DNA of 25,696 nucleotides from an uncultured archaeon (GTDB lineage: Archaea; EX4484-52; B79-G9): positions 1 to 25,696 of the forward strand of contig CBDUVR010000001.1 of the NCBI GenBank assembly GCA_965370705.1. The letters are read 5' to 3'. Under the pieces are notes generated by a model. The model saw nothing but the letters and a program-made list of their open reading frames with translations, was not told where the DNA came from and made no database searches. How positions within the stretch are numbered: the stretch's first letter is position 1; the number at the start of each line of letters is the position of its first letter. Below are positions 1 to 10,106 of this stretch, in pieces. The position numbers were made by a program, and so were the translations under genes.

Positions 1-2295
1 ACAGCCATGCTTCTTACAACAATCAACGTAACTACAATCGTAGATAATGGTACGATATGGCATTACAATGACAGTTATCTGGACGCAGAAGCGCCTGATG
101 ACAGCTTTGGCTACAGGTGGTATGAACCAAACTACACTCTTGAATCTGAATGGTCTGCAGGAAATGCTGTTTTTGGTGCCGGAGCAGGTTCAGTACCAAT
201 AGTAACGGCACTCGCGACAGGAGGCATTAACGGGAATATAAGTTATGTGGACCTGTGGGATGATAACCTGACTACAATTCCTGTCAGTTTTGAGACGGGG
301 TATAATTCGACTGGTAACACATTCGGATGGAATAATGGAGATGATGGGTGGGACTATGACCCGCAGGATAACAGTGGTCCCTATGACTATGATGACAATA
401 TTGATTATAATCATGTAGTCAATGAAATGTTGGAATTTGACACAAGAACCGGTGCCCCTGCACGAAACAGATGTGATGACTATAACTGTTCCGGAGCGTA
501 TGGCATTCAGGTAAACATAACGCAGCAACAGTATGATATATTATTCAATAATGGCATGGCAAGAGTATCATTCAGGTATGAATGGGATGATAATGATGAA
601 GGTCCCGGCAATCACTTCGAACCAAATGATGAAGTATGGATAAAAGCACGATGGACAAGCCCTACTACTGGCGTTCACTGGCTTGGGACAGAGCTGTCTA
701 GCGAAGGAGGGGATACCACCCCTGAAATAGACCGTGTTAATAATCCTGATAATGATATCTATCCGCCGAGAGATACAACGCAGTATATATCAAATTGGAT
801 TGAAGGACCCGGAACATACTATCTAGATATAGGAGGTAAAGTATACGCAACACAAAACAGAGAGTGGGGTTATTTCAGGTTCGATGATATACTTCTTGAG
901 ATAAGGAATGGGACAAGTGCGTATTATTTCAGGAAAAATTTCACAGTGGATGATATGGGCAAGGTTGGCAGAGGTTTTTTGAAAGTCGTCTCTGATGACA
1001 TGGCAGACATATACCTGAACGGACAGCTTATAGATGCAGACCCTGGCCCGAGCCACTATGCAGACTACTGGAACCGGATAGAATTAATTGACAGGTCATA
1101 TTTCAAGGAAGGCAACAATACGATTGCAGCCAGATTATATAACAGCGACAGCACCACGAGATTCGACCTGAGACTTGAAATATTCAATGAATCCAGAAAC
1201 AAAGCAATGCTTGTGATGAGTGACGGGGAAGCAAACAGATGCGATTCACCTCTAGTATCGAATTGTGGTAGTACAGCAGCAAAACAACAGGCAATAGATT
1301 TTGCATGTTATGCTTATGAAAACTATGGCATAATAGCGCATGCAGTTGGTTTTGGCAGTGGTGCGGACAACGATACGCTTCGGGCTATTGCTGACTGCGG
1401 GCGGGGCATGTACCGCTCAAGCAATAACGTAGACGAACTAAAACAAATATATCTGGACATTGCAAATGCGATGATCAGCTACAATACTCAGAAATCAGAT
1501 ATCAGTGGAACATATACAATCACAACGCTTTATCCGGACTCGTACATTGAATATAATTATACACCAACAGCAGACTTAGATTATGGTGAAATTTCGCTCA
1601 CATTCGATAGCGCCACGTTTGGTGAAACGTCAGGAAATCCAAATGTAGAGAGCCCGAAAAACGGCTCATACTGGATTCCGCCCTCGGTGGGAGTGGTTGA
1701 TGCAAAAGCTACATCGTATTCATCGGAATTCTGGGCAAGTGTACTTAACATGAAAAATGAAACATCCGGCTGGACAAATGTTTACAACCTGAGCACATAC
1801 CAGGAAAGATTCACTAAATTAGGTGACCCATATATCATCTTCATGCCGCCTGCCCTGATAGGACAAAACCAGACCAATTATGTACAAATAGATACAGGTA
1901 TTAATGAGACATATTTCACTGGCGGGTCACCTCACAGCAAAGTAATCTACACACTCAAAATCAAAGGGACTGCAAGCTACAGCGAGATATCGCCGAAAGC
2001 AGATGGCTGCGAATGGAATGTAGAGCAGTACAATGGCAAGAATGCCACAATAAAGATACCTACAGACTATAATGGCACAAAGAACTGTGAGTTTTCGAGT
2101 GCGCAAATAATCTATGATCACGATGACTCGATAGACCGTGCAGCAATCTTATTATTGCAGCAGCTTGATGTTACAGGCGACAACAGGATCGACATTGCAC
2201 TTGACCAGACAAATATAGACATACGGATAATAAAGGTAACTGACATACCATGGATGTGGGGACCTGCAATTCTAAAACTGGAAATATGGAAGTAA
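1..2295 (+). CDS. vWA-domain pilus-associated adhesin-like protein with inserted beta-sandwich/jelly-roll modules (5'-partial)
   Basis: The frame is open to base 1 (ACA GCC ATG), so the gene starts upstream of the window. C-terminal vWA strands are present (KAMLVMSDGEAN; IIAHAVGFGSGADNDTLRAIADCGRGMYRSSNNVDELKQIY) but no DxSxS in the window. A galactose-binding-like jelly-roll motif is present (YYFRKNFTV...VVSDDMADIYLNG). The sequence is N/D/T/Y/G-rich like an extracellular protein, and the stop lies 4 bp before a class III signal protein. Confidence 0.7.
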   Translation, partial: TAMLLTTINVTTIVDNGTIWHYNDSYLDAEAPDDSFGYRWYEPNYTLESEWSAGNAVFGAGAGSVPIVTALATGGINGNISYVDLWDDNLTTIPVSFETGYNSTGNTFGWNNGDDGWDYDPQDNSGPYDYDDNIDYNHVVNEMLEFDTRTGAPARNRCDDYNCSGAYGIQVNITQQQYDILFNNGMARVSFRYEWDDNDEGPGNHFEPNDEVWIKARWTSPTTGVHWLGTELSSEGGDTTPEIDRVNNPDNDIYPPRDTTQYISNWIEGPGTYYLDIGGKVYATQNREWGYFRFDDILLEIRNGTSAYYFRKNFTVDDMGKVGRGFLKVVSDDMADIYLNGQLIDADPGPSHYADYWNRIELIDRSYFKEGNNTIAARLYNSDSTTRFDLRLEIFNESRNKAMLVMSDGEANRCDSPLVSNCGSTAAKQQAIDFACYAYENYGIIAHAVGFGSGADNDTLRAIADCGRGMYRSSNNVDELKQIYLDIANAMISYNTQKSDISGTYTITTLYPDSYIEYNYTPTADLDYGEISLTFDSATFGETSGNPNVESPKNGSYWIPPSVGVVDAKATSYSSEFWASVLNMKNETSGWTNVYNLSTYQERFTKLGDPYIIFMPPALIGQNQTNYVQIDTGINETYFTGGSPHSKVIYTLKIKGTASYSEISPKADGCEWNVEQYNGKNATIKIPTDYNGTKNCEFSSAQIIYDHDDSIDRAAILLLQQLDVTGDNRIDIALDQTNIDIRIIKVTDIPWMWGPAILKLEIWK

Positions 2296-2299
2296 TAAA

Positions 2300-3406
2300 A
2301 TGCCAAAAGGATTTACATATACATTGTTCGCATTGATAATAATGCTATCGTTGATTACGCTGATAAATATACAATCAGTATCTCAAAATAGCCTTGAGAC
2401 GTCCTCGAAAATCAGAAGTAACCTGTTGCAGAATAGTTTAAATGATATAAATGATGACTTATCAAGAAGCTCATACATTGCAACCAAAAGAGCTATCTTA
2501 AGCCTGATTGATTTTACGGTAACCAATGGGACGTTTATCAATAATACTGAATCCACTATATTTGATGTCAGCACTACAGGAGAATATAATGGAACAATGC
2601 TTCAGTTAATGGAAAACACTACAATTAATGACTGGACTGTATCAATACATAACATCCTGAACAAAATGGGGATAGATAACACAATATCTCTTAAAAACTA
2701 CACTATCAGGCAGGGAGACCTATATGATATAGAACTAACTACTGTTTATGAACTTGATATTTATGATCCGGTTTCCAAAATCCGTGTGAAAAAGAACACA
2801 ATACAAGAGATAACTGTAGACTATAACTCATTTGAAGATCCCCTGAATACTGTCAGAAGCAACCTGGTGTTCAGTACGGCAATAATTTCATGCAACTTAA
2901 CCGGAACATACGGGAAGGCGCTTACGTCAAAGACCAATGCAACCAACTGGACTGTCGGCAAAGTATTTAAATCAGCTGATTCCAGTGGAATCGGTTCGCT
3001 GTCAGCTTCCCTGAGAGCGGAGAAAATTCTTGTTACACATAACATCTCAAACTACAGTGTGTCTGATATAAATCAGTTCAAGGGTGTAATATCTGAAACG
3101 TCCGATGACCTTGCAGGTGCTACAATTCCAAAAATCATTGATACAAATGATGCATATTCCAATACAGATAATTCGTACATTGCAGCAATGAGTGATGAGA
3201 CTGACGAATGGATAAACAATATCTTAACGGATCAGGGAACGACCTGTTTCATAGAACATGAGCACGGTCCAACGCTTTTCGATCGCATGGAAGGGAATAC
3301 AACGTACGGCAAATACAGCGGGCCTGGTATTGCAACATTTATAGACCCGACGATTCTTCCGAAAAATCCGCAGAAAGAGCTTGATTTCATATACTGGAGC
3401 CAGTAA
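2300..3406 (+). CDS. Class III signal peptide (prepilin-like) protein, minor pilin/pilus accessory
   Basis: N-terminus MPKG|FTYTLFALIIMLSLITL has K-G followed by a hydrophobic helix, then an N/T/S/D-rich extracellular region with many N-x-S/T sequons. Confidence 0.7.
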   Translation: MPKGFTYTLFALIIMLSLITLINIQSVSQNSLETSSKIRSNLLQNSLNDINDDLSRSSYIATKRAILSLIDFTVTNGTFINNTESTIFDVSTTGEYNGTMLQLMENTTINDWTVSIHNILNKMGIDNTISLKNYTIRQGDLYDIELTTVYELDIYDPVSKIRVKKNTIQEITVDYNSFEDPLNTVRSNLVFSTAIISCNLTGTYGKALTSKTNATNWTVGKVFKSADSSGIGSLSASLRAEKILVTHNISNYSVSDINQFKGVISETSDDLAGATIPKIIDTNDAYSNTDNSYIAAMSDETDEWINNILTDQGTTCFIEHEHGPTLFDRMEGNTTYGKYSGPGIATFIDPTILPKNPQKELDFIYWSQ

Positions 3407-3413
3407 TTAAGAA

Positions 3414-5570
3414 TTAATCGATTATCACAGGTATTTCTTCTTTCTGCTGCAGGATTTCAAAATATAAACTTTTTATTTTTTCAAGTTCCTGCTTTAAAAT
3501 TTCGTTTTCATACTGTATCGAGCGAATCCCTTTTGCCAGTGCTCTGGTATCCTGCATTTCAGCATCTTTGGATGCGCTGCTTTCATGTTGGATTGCTTCT
3601 ATCTTTTTTGCAAGTTCTCTGAACTTGCTCCCGTATTTCTTCTGAATTTCGTCTGCAACAGCTACTTCTGCAGACGCTGTCTCGCCAAATTTCTTCTTTA
3701 AATCATTATTTTCGCTTTGAAGAGCATTGATCTTTGCCTGATTCATTTTTACAAAATGCTCCATTTCCTGCCTGAAAGTGTCTTTCTCATTTTGTATCGC
3801 AACGATGCTTTTTTTCAGGGCTGTTATCTCTTTTGCATCAATGCCTTCTGATGCGCCGCTCTCATGTTGGATTGCTTCTATCTTTTTTGCAAGCTCTTTG
3901 AATTTGCTCCCGTATTTCTTCTGAATTTCGTCTGCAACTGCCGTTTCTGTAGATGCTGCCTGATCCTGTTTCTTTTTTAAATCCTTATTATCGCTTCGAA
4001 GAACATTGATCTTTGCCTGATTCATCCTTACAAGCTGCTCCATTTCCTGCCTGAAAGGGCCTTTCTCATTTTGTATCGCAGCGATGCTTTTTTTCAGGGC
4101 TGTTATCTCTTTTGCATCAATGCCTTCCGATGCGCCGCTTTCATGAACTCTTTCAATCATTTCCTTTAGTTCCTTAAACTTCGTGTCATATTTTTCTTCA
4201 AGCTTTCTGGTGCTTATATTCGCGTCTGCTTTTTCTTTCCCTGACTGGTCCAATATTGCTGTAATGTCGTCTACGAGGTCCACTCTCATATCTTTCAGTA
4301 GATTTAGTTCGCTTTCGATTTGCGAAATCCTATCTATTATTGACTTAACTGAGGTGTTAATTTTTTCATGTGTGTTCTTACTGACCTCCAAGTGCTTCTG
4401 CTCAACTTTCCTGTTCAATAATGCCAGGGATTTTGCAATCTTATCCTGATTAGAGACATGGGGAGTGAGCTTATTGTCTACAATGTTTTCAAGCTCACCA
4501 GAGGATATTCTCTTCTCGAACTCTTTTGTATCTTTTCTTAGCTGATCTATTTCATTCAACATTCTTGCCCTGAACTCGGCGAACTCCTCATAATTATATG
4601 ATTTTGCATTTCCATTTTTCTTTTGAACTCCGGCAATTTCTGATTCCAATGAATGTATCCTGGTTTCATAGTCTTTTTTGAGTGTATCTATCAAAGTGTT
4701 CTGCTTCCCTATCTCGCCTACAATCTGCGATCTGATGTCTGCAGTTAGTGTGTTGATATTCTCAAGAACTTCTTTTAGTTCATAGTCGACTGTTTTTTTA
4801 ACAGCCTCATTCAAAGCGGATGGCACTGACGCTGCCGGATTCTTTTTCAATGCTTCGATTTCATTAATATTGTTCTCGATATCATTTACTCTTTTTTCGG
4901 TCCTGTTGTATACTTTGTATAATTTCGAGATGTTTTCTTTTATTACCGGGACATATTTCAGATAATCTCCGGATGCATTTTCGCTGCTTAATTTGTTCAA
5001 AGACTCTTTTGGCAACTGGACGCCGGCTAATTTCTTGTCAAGATCATAAATGTGTTTCTCAAGGTTTTCGGCTTTGTCAACTGCAGTTTTAAGTGAAGTG
5101 ACTTCTTTTCTGAGTGAATCAACATCTGACTTTAGTGACAATGTCATCTTTTCAATATTTGCAGCGCCCTTTTTTGTGTCCTGACTTACAAGCTTCGGGG
5201 TCTCTGTAATCTTTGTACTAATCATCTTTATGGCGCCTGAAAGCAAATCAACTTTTGTCTTCAGGGTTCCTATGCCATCTGTAAGATCGTGCACATCATC
5301 CTGGGTCTGTATTGCCTCAAGCTTTGTTATCAGTTCCAAATCTTCTATTTCGCGCAATTTATCTTTAATTTGCGACAGCGCTGCTAATGATTCTTTTATA
5401 TTTTTGATCTCTGATGCTGTAGCAAAGTCTCCTTTGAGATTGCTAATGGAATCTTCCAGAACAAGAATATTTTTTTCAATATCTGATTCATGACGCTTTT
5501 TTTGGATATTAGACTGCTCACTATCTGTTGATACAGCTTCCGGGGAATTCTCATTTTTTCCAAACATCAT
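3414..5570 (-). CDS. Long coiled-coil hypothetical protein with 93-aa internal tandem repeat
   Basis: 718-aa ORF, K/E/L/I-rich heptad pattern throughout, no Walker A motif, short hydrophobic tail EEIPVIID. Confidence 0.8.
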   Translation of the reverse strand: MMFGKNENSPEAVSTDSEQSNIQKKRHESDIEKNILVLEDSISNLKGDFATASEIKNIKESLAALSQIKDKLREIEDLELITKLEAIQTQDDVHDLTDGIGTLKTKVDLLSGAIKMISTKITETPKLVSQDTKKGAANIEKMTLSLKSDVDSLRKEVTSLKTAVDKAENLEKHIYDLDKKLAGVQLPKESLNKLSSENASGDYLKYVPVIKENISKLYKVYNRTEKRVNDIENNINEIEALKKNPAASVPSALNEAVKKTVDYELKEVLENINTLTADIRSQIVGEIGKQNTLIDTLKKDYETRIHSLESEIAGVQKKNGNAKSYNYEEFAEFRARMLNEIDQLRKDTKEFEKRISSGELENIVDNKLTPHVSNQDKIAKSLALLNRKVEQKHLEVSKNTHEKINTSVKSIIDRISQIESELNLLKDMRVDLVDDITAILDQSGKEKADANISTRKLEEKYDTKFKELKEMIERVHESGASEGIDAKEITALKKSIAAIQNEKGPFRQEMEQLVRMNQAKINVLRSDNKDLKKKQDQAASTETAVADEIQKKYGSKFKELAKKIEAIQHESGASEGIDAKEITALKKSIVAIQNEKDTFRQEMEHFVKMNQAKINALQSENNDLKKKFGETASAEVAVADEIQKKYGSKFRELAKKIEAIQHESSASKDAEMQDTRALAKGIRSIQYENEILKQELEKIKSLYFEILQQKEEIPVIID
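3571..4196. repeat. In-frame tandem repeat, 279-bp (93-aa) period, about 2.25 copies
   Basis: GATGCGC(C/T)GCT(C/T)TCATG recurs at 3571, 3850 and 4129. The protein repeat runs KKYGSKFKELAKKIEAIQHESGASEGIDAKEITALKKSI(A/V)AIQNEK...MNQAKIN. Confidence 0.9.
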
Positions 5571-5876
5571 ACCAGTCTCTTGATAAGCAATATCGTCCTT
5601 GCATCAGCGCCTAACTATGTAAATAATAGTTGACCAGATATATATAATTTATCCGGAACAGCCTGTGTTCTGTCCAAAACACACGGATCCGGATATTTTC
5701 AGATAAATCGTATCTTTGAGAGACAATTTCTCTATTTTACTTCATCTCATCGTGTACGACGACACAAAACAATCATATTTTCCTCTTGGAACAAGTGCCC
5801 TTTATTAATTCTTCGGTACGATAACTTCTTAGTAAAAACAATAGAGATGGCTTCGAACTGGTGGAGATAGTTGCGT

Positions 5877-7202
5877 ATGTATTGGATAGATGGTTCTGTA
5901 TTTGAAAAAAAAGTCAGAGATAAAAAGGCCAGCATTGCAGTCGTAGGACTAGGGTATGTAGGGCTGCCGATTGCGATGACTTTTGCTAAAAAGGGGTTCA
6001 AGGTCTATGGCTATGATATTGACAAAAGTAAAATAAAGTCTCTGAAACAGAAGAGAAATTTTCTTGATGATGAAATGTGGATTGACAAAATACTTCAAAA
6101 AGCGCATACATTCAGCGCATCAGCCAATGTCGAGAATGCAGGAGCTCATGATGCAATCATTGTCGCTGTTCCCACTCCTGCTGACCCGGCAACTAAAAAG
6201 CCGATTTATGATTTTGTGGCATCTGCAGCAAAATATGTCGGCTGCAGCTTAAAAAAGGGTGCTTTGGTCATCCTGGAGTCAACAGTGGGACCCGGTACAA
6301 CAGAGGGCATATTCAGAAAAACGCTTGAGGATGTTTCCGGCCTCAAGGCAGGGATGGATTTCGGGTTATCGTATTCACCTGAGCGCATCAACCCGGGTGA
6401 TGATAAGCACAGGATCGATAAGATCCCAAAAGTTGTGAGCGGCATTGATGATTTGAGCGCTCGCGCATGCGCATGCCTATACCTGCAGATTGTGCCTTCT
6501 GTGTATAGAACATCAATGCTAAAGGAAGCGGAACTTACTAAACTCCTTGAAAATATCCAGAGGGATATGAATATTGCCCTTGCTAATGAATTTGCAAAGA
6601 TATGCGATATACTCGGTGCTGATGTGAAAAATGTCATTGAAGCAGCATCAACGAAATGGAATTTCTATAGGGTATTACCCGGATGCGGGGTCGGGGGGCA
6701 CTGCCTGCCTGATGACCCGTGGTTTTTGATTCATGAACTGGAAAAGAAAGGATATACATCGAATTTAATTAAAACTGCAAGAAAGACGAATGAAGAGATG
6801 CCTGCGTATACTGCACGCAAGGCAGCGAACCTTTTATGCAAGAAGCCAAATGGCTCTAAAATTGCGATTGTCGGGCTTGCCTACAAAGACAATGTTTCTG
6901 ATATGAGAAACTCTCCTGCTGAGGCAATCATCAAGGAAATGAAGAGCATGGGATACACAAATATCTTAGCTCATGACCCGCATGTTGGCAAGGTGGACTG
7001 GATAAAGACAGACAATTTTGAGAATACTCTAAAAGATGCAGAACTGGTGATAGTGGCAACACCTCACAAGCACATAAAAAACCTGTCTGCGAGGAATATA
7101 AGGAAACTTGCACCCCGTGCATCTGTTGTTGACGGCAGGAATGTACTTAACAAAAACGACTTTCTTTCAGAGAAGATAAAATATGCAGGTATAGGGCGGT
7201 GA
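5877..7202 (+). CDS. Nucleotide-sugar dehydrogenase, UDP-N-acetylhexosamine 6-dehydrogenase (WecC/WbpA/TviB) type
   Basis: Motifs GLGYVGLP (NAD), IVAVPTP, ILESTVGPGTT, YSPERINPG, catalytic GVGGHC and GLAYKDNVSDMRNSP. Start is ATG 5877 or TTG 5871. Confidence 0.9.
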   Translation: MYWIDGSVFEKKVRDKKASIAVVGLGYVGLPIAMTFAKKGFKVYGYDIDKSKIKSLKQKRNFLDDEMWIDKILQKAHTFSASANVENAGAHDAIIVAVPTPADPATKKPIYDFVASAAKYVGCSLKKGALVILESTVGPGTTEGIFRKTLEDVSGLKAGMDFGLSYSPERINPGDDKHRIDKIPKVVSGIDDLSARACACLYLQIVPSVYRTSMLKEAELTKLLENIQRDMNIALANEFAKICDILGADVKNVIEAASTKWNFYRVLPGCGVGGHCLPDDPWFLIHELEKKGYTSNLIKTARKTNEEMPAYTARKAANLLCKKPNGSKIAIVGLAYKDNVSDMRNSPAEAIIKEMKSMGYTNILAHDPHVGKVDWIKTDNFENTLKDAELVIVATPHKHIKNLSARNIRKLAPRASVVDGRNVLNKNDFLSEKIKYAGIGR

Positions 7203-8500
7203 TTGTTGTGGGTATGCCACTAATCGTGCCCATTCTCGGCACGCAGGTAGTTCTCGGTGCTTATGCCAAACTCAGGAAAAAGCCTTATGCTTTGCATAAT
7301 AAACCAGGTTACAGGCCGTCTCTGAGCGTCATAATCCCGGCTAAAAACGAGGGGCAGCGCATACAGTATGCTCTGGCGTCGCTTGAGATGCAGACATATC
7401 CTATCGAAAAGGTGTATATCATTGATGACTATTCGACAGACAATACTATTGAAGTTGTCAGAAAGATGCACTTTTTGACAAAAAAGTTTGAGATTGAATT
7501 GTACCATAATGAAAAATCAGTTGGCAAGACCCCTGGTGTCAAATTCGGCGCAAGGATTGCAACTACTGATAAAATAATGGTGCTTGATGCGGATACAATC
7601 CTTTCTGACCCGAAATACATTGAAAAGATTGTGAGAGCGCATTCAGATTCTAAAACAGGAAGTTCTTACGGCACTGTAAGGCCATTCTCAAAAAAGGAGC
7701 AGTTGAAGACACTTTTTGAAATGCTTCTTCTAAAGCATTATCCTGCTTCAAGAGAGCTTGTGATGCACTATAAAAACAAGGCAGAGATGCGCCCGCTGCA
7801 AAAACTGAAATATTATCTTCTCCGCTGGCCTGTTGAGAGGTACCGGGAGGCACTTTATCTTACTGACCAGTATTTTGCAAAAGACAGTGCGCTTCGTATG
7901 TTCGGGACAACCCTGTTCCCGATCGGATGCGGGGTGATGTATGACAGGAAGCTGCTGGAACAGGTTTTTGACTATTATGAATCCACACTTGGGGACAACC
8001 TCACGACATCAGAGGACATATTCATCGGATTTTCTCTTGTAAACATGGGCTACACAAACATACAGGTGCCGGATGCAACGATGATAAGCGCGGAACCGCG
8101 CGTTGACAGGCTACCGAAACAGCTTTTCCTGTGGAATTCTTCATTTCTGCAGAGTGCTTATTATTTTAAGAACATGACTCTTTCGCTGAAACCTAAAAAA
8201 GACAAGCCTGCTTACGGGTGGATAATCCTTGCGCCCATTTTTGAAAAAATCACATATCCTCTTGCGCTGGCATACCTTATCTGGTTTGACTGGATATATG
8301 CAGTGCTTACGATGATGATAGAATATCTCGCATATGTCTTTATATTGCGCATGTCAGACCCTAAGATGGGGAAGATACACTATTTGAAAATATGCGCTGT
8401 TGCGCTCCCGCTCAGGATTCTTAATCTTCTTTTGGATGTTTATGTGACCTTTCGATTTTTGGCAGACCTTGCTATTGGGAGGAGGAACTGGAGAAAATGA
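7199..8500 (+). CDS. Processive membrane GT2 glycosyltransferase (hyaluronan/chitin/PNAG synthase-like architecture)
   Basis: SVIIPAKNE, IDDYSTD, VLDAD (DxD), TTSED and QLFLW (QxxxW variant of QxxRW), with an N-terminal hydrophobic segment and several C-terminal TM segments. GTG 7199 overlaps the upstream TGA; GTG 7208 or ATG 7214 may be the real start. Confidence 0.85.
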   Translation: MIVVGMPLIVPILGTQVVLGAYAKLRKKPYALHNKPGYRPSLSVIIPAKNEGQRIQYALASLEMQTYPIEKVYIIDDYSTDNTIEVVRKMHFLTKKFEIELYHNEKSVGKTPGVKFGARIATTDKIMVLDADTILSDPKYIEKIVRAHSDSKTGSSYGTVRPFSKKEQLKTLFEMLLLKHYPASRELVMHYKNKAEMRPLQKLKYYLLRWPVERYREALYLTDQYFAKDSALRMFGTTLFPIGCGVMYDRKLLEQVFDYYESTLGDNLTTSEDIFIGFSLVNMGYTNIQVPDATMISAEPRVDRLPKQLFLWNSSFLQSAYYFKNMTLSLKPKKDKPAYGWIILAPIFEKITYPLALAYLIWFDWIYAVLTMMIEYLAYVFILRMSDPKMGKIHYLKICAVALPLRILNLLLDVYVTFRFLADLAIGRRNWRK

Positions 8501-9480
8501 ATGCTGAAAAAATAGTGGTCACCGGAGGCGCCGGGTTTATCGGCAGGCATCTTGTCCAGAGGATTCTTTCAATGAAAGACGATGTGTCCCTGACTGTTCT
8601 TGACAATTTTTCTGTTGGAATGAAAGAGAATCTCGCAGCGATTGATATGAATGGCAGAAAGTTTGATGTTGTGCGCGGCGACGTCAGGGATGAGAAAGTG
8701 CTGGATAAAGTACTGGATGGTGCAGATACAGTGTATCACATGGCTGCTGTTGTCGGTGTCGACAGGGTGCTTGCGATGCCTGAGGAGACATGGGATGTAG
8801 AGGTCAATGGCACGAGAACCCTTCTTGAGAAGTGCGAATGCTTTGGAGTAAAGCGGTTCTTTCTGGCATCATCTTCGGAATGCTATGGGAAATATGATGT
8901 CTCGAGGCTGCCTATGAAGGAGAGTGATTTCGTAGTGCCGAATACAAATTACGGGAAAGCTAAGCTTGAGTGCGAGAAGATGTGTGCAGAGTATGGCTCA
9001 CGGGGGGGGATGAGCTGCGTGGGTGTGAGGTATTTTAATGTTTACGGCAAATTGCAGAGTTTCAATGGGTATGTGATACCGAACATGATATGGCAGGCAT
9101 TGAATGGTGAGCCTGTTAAAGTACACGGGCATGGCAGGCAGCTGCGCGACTTTATGTATATTGACGATGCTGTTGACGCTACTATTAAGCTTGCAGAGAG
9201 CAAAGTTGATGGTGTGTATAACGTGGGCGCGGGAAAGCCTGTGAGCATCATGGATATCGCAAAGATGATAATACATCTTACCGGCTCAAGATCACAGGTA
9301 ATGCATGTCCCTATCAGGCGCCCGACAGATATTGAAAGCAAATCAGGGGATAATACGAAAATCAAAGAAGCAGTCGGGTGGACACCGGTACACGATATAC
9401 AATCGGGACTGGTGAAGACCATTGAGAATTATAAGAGGTGTTTAGATGAACGTAGTTGCAATATGTGCGCATCCGGATGA
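8497..9480 (+). CDS. NAD-dependent sugar epimerase/dehydratase (extended SDR)
   Basis: VTGGAGFIG, YHMAAVVGV, ASSSECYG, YxxxK (YGKAK), RYFNVYG and RDFMYIDD. ATGA overlap with the GT2 gene. Confidence 0.92.
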   Translation: MNAEKIVVTGGAGFIGRHLVQRILSMKDDVSLTVLDNFSVGMKENLAAIDMNGRKFDVVRGDVRDEKVLDKVLDGADTVYHMAAVVGVDRVLAMPEETWDVEVNGTRTLLEKCECFGVKRFFLASSSECYGKYDVSRLPMKESDFVVPNTNYGKAKLECEKMCAEYGSRGGMSCVGVRYFNVYGKLQSFNGYVIPNMIWQALNGEPVKVHGHGRQLRDFMYIDDAVDATIKLAESKVDGVYNVGAGKPVSIMDIAKMIIHLTGSRSQVMHVPIRRPTDIESKSGDNTKIKEAVGWTPVHDIQSGLVKTIENYKRCLDERSCNMCASG

Positions 9481-10096
9481 TATTGAATTTAATTGTGCAG
9501 GGACTCTTTTGAAGCACAAAGAGCAGGGGGATGAAGTTGTGATGATAACAGTGTCTAACGGTGCTACAGAAAATCACAGGCATGAAATCATCAGGAGCGA
9601 GAAAAACGCTATATTGGAAGCAAAGAGGGCTGCCTCTGTTATCGGTGCAAAACTTTACATCCTTGACTACAAAGCGCTTGATATTCCCTGCAATCACAAA
9701 ATCATTGGGGAGCTTGAGTCTATTATCAATAAAAATCATGCTGATACTGTGTATACGCATTGGCATGGCCATACGAACCAGGATCACAGGAGAGTAAGCA
9801 TGGCCAGCCTTGCTGCTGCAAGATGCGTCGAGCGGGTGCTGATGTGGGAAGAAGGGATACCGCACTCATCCTGCACTTCAGGGTTTAGCCCGCAGTTGTA
9901 CGTGGACATAACCGACCAGATGGATAAGAAGATAGAGGCCGTTCGTGCGCATGAGTCGCAGGTTGAGAAATATGGGAAAGAACTGATGGATGGGATTCTC
10001 GCACGTGCACGATACAGAGGATACCAGATTCGCGTGAAGTATGCTGAATGCTTCCAGGTAAATAGACTCGTAAATGACGGCTTTTTAAGCAAATAA
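9446..10096 (+). CDS. LmbE/PIG-L family N-acetylhexosamine deacetylase
   Basis: AHPDDIE metal motif, HxDH-like NQDH, and YVDITDQMDKKIEAVRAHESQ. Confidence 0.9.
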   Translation: MNVVAICAHPDDIEFNCAGTLLKHKEQGDEVVMITVSNGATENHRHEIIRSEKNAILEAKRAASVIGAKLYILDYKALDIPCNHKIIGELESIINKNHADTVYTHWHGHTNQDHRRVSMASLAAARCVERVLMWEEGIPHSSCTSGFSPQLYVDITDQMDKKIEAVRAHESQVEKYGKELMDGILARARYRGYQIRVKYAECFQVNRLVNDGFLSK

Positions 10097-10106
10097 TGGC
10101 GATATA

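Noticed and set aside
3571-4196. CRISPR-like array
   Set aside because: The units are 279-bp in-frame coding repeats with no spacers, and no cas genes are in the window.
3414-5570. SMC/Rad50 assignment for the long coiled-coil protein
   Set aside because: No Walker A/B, signature, hinge or CxxC hook motif.
5846-5870. TTCGAA T-loop-like motif suggesting a tRNA
   Set aside because: No cloverleaf stems can be built around it.
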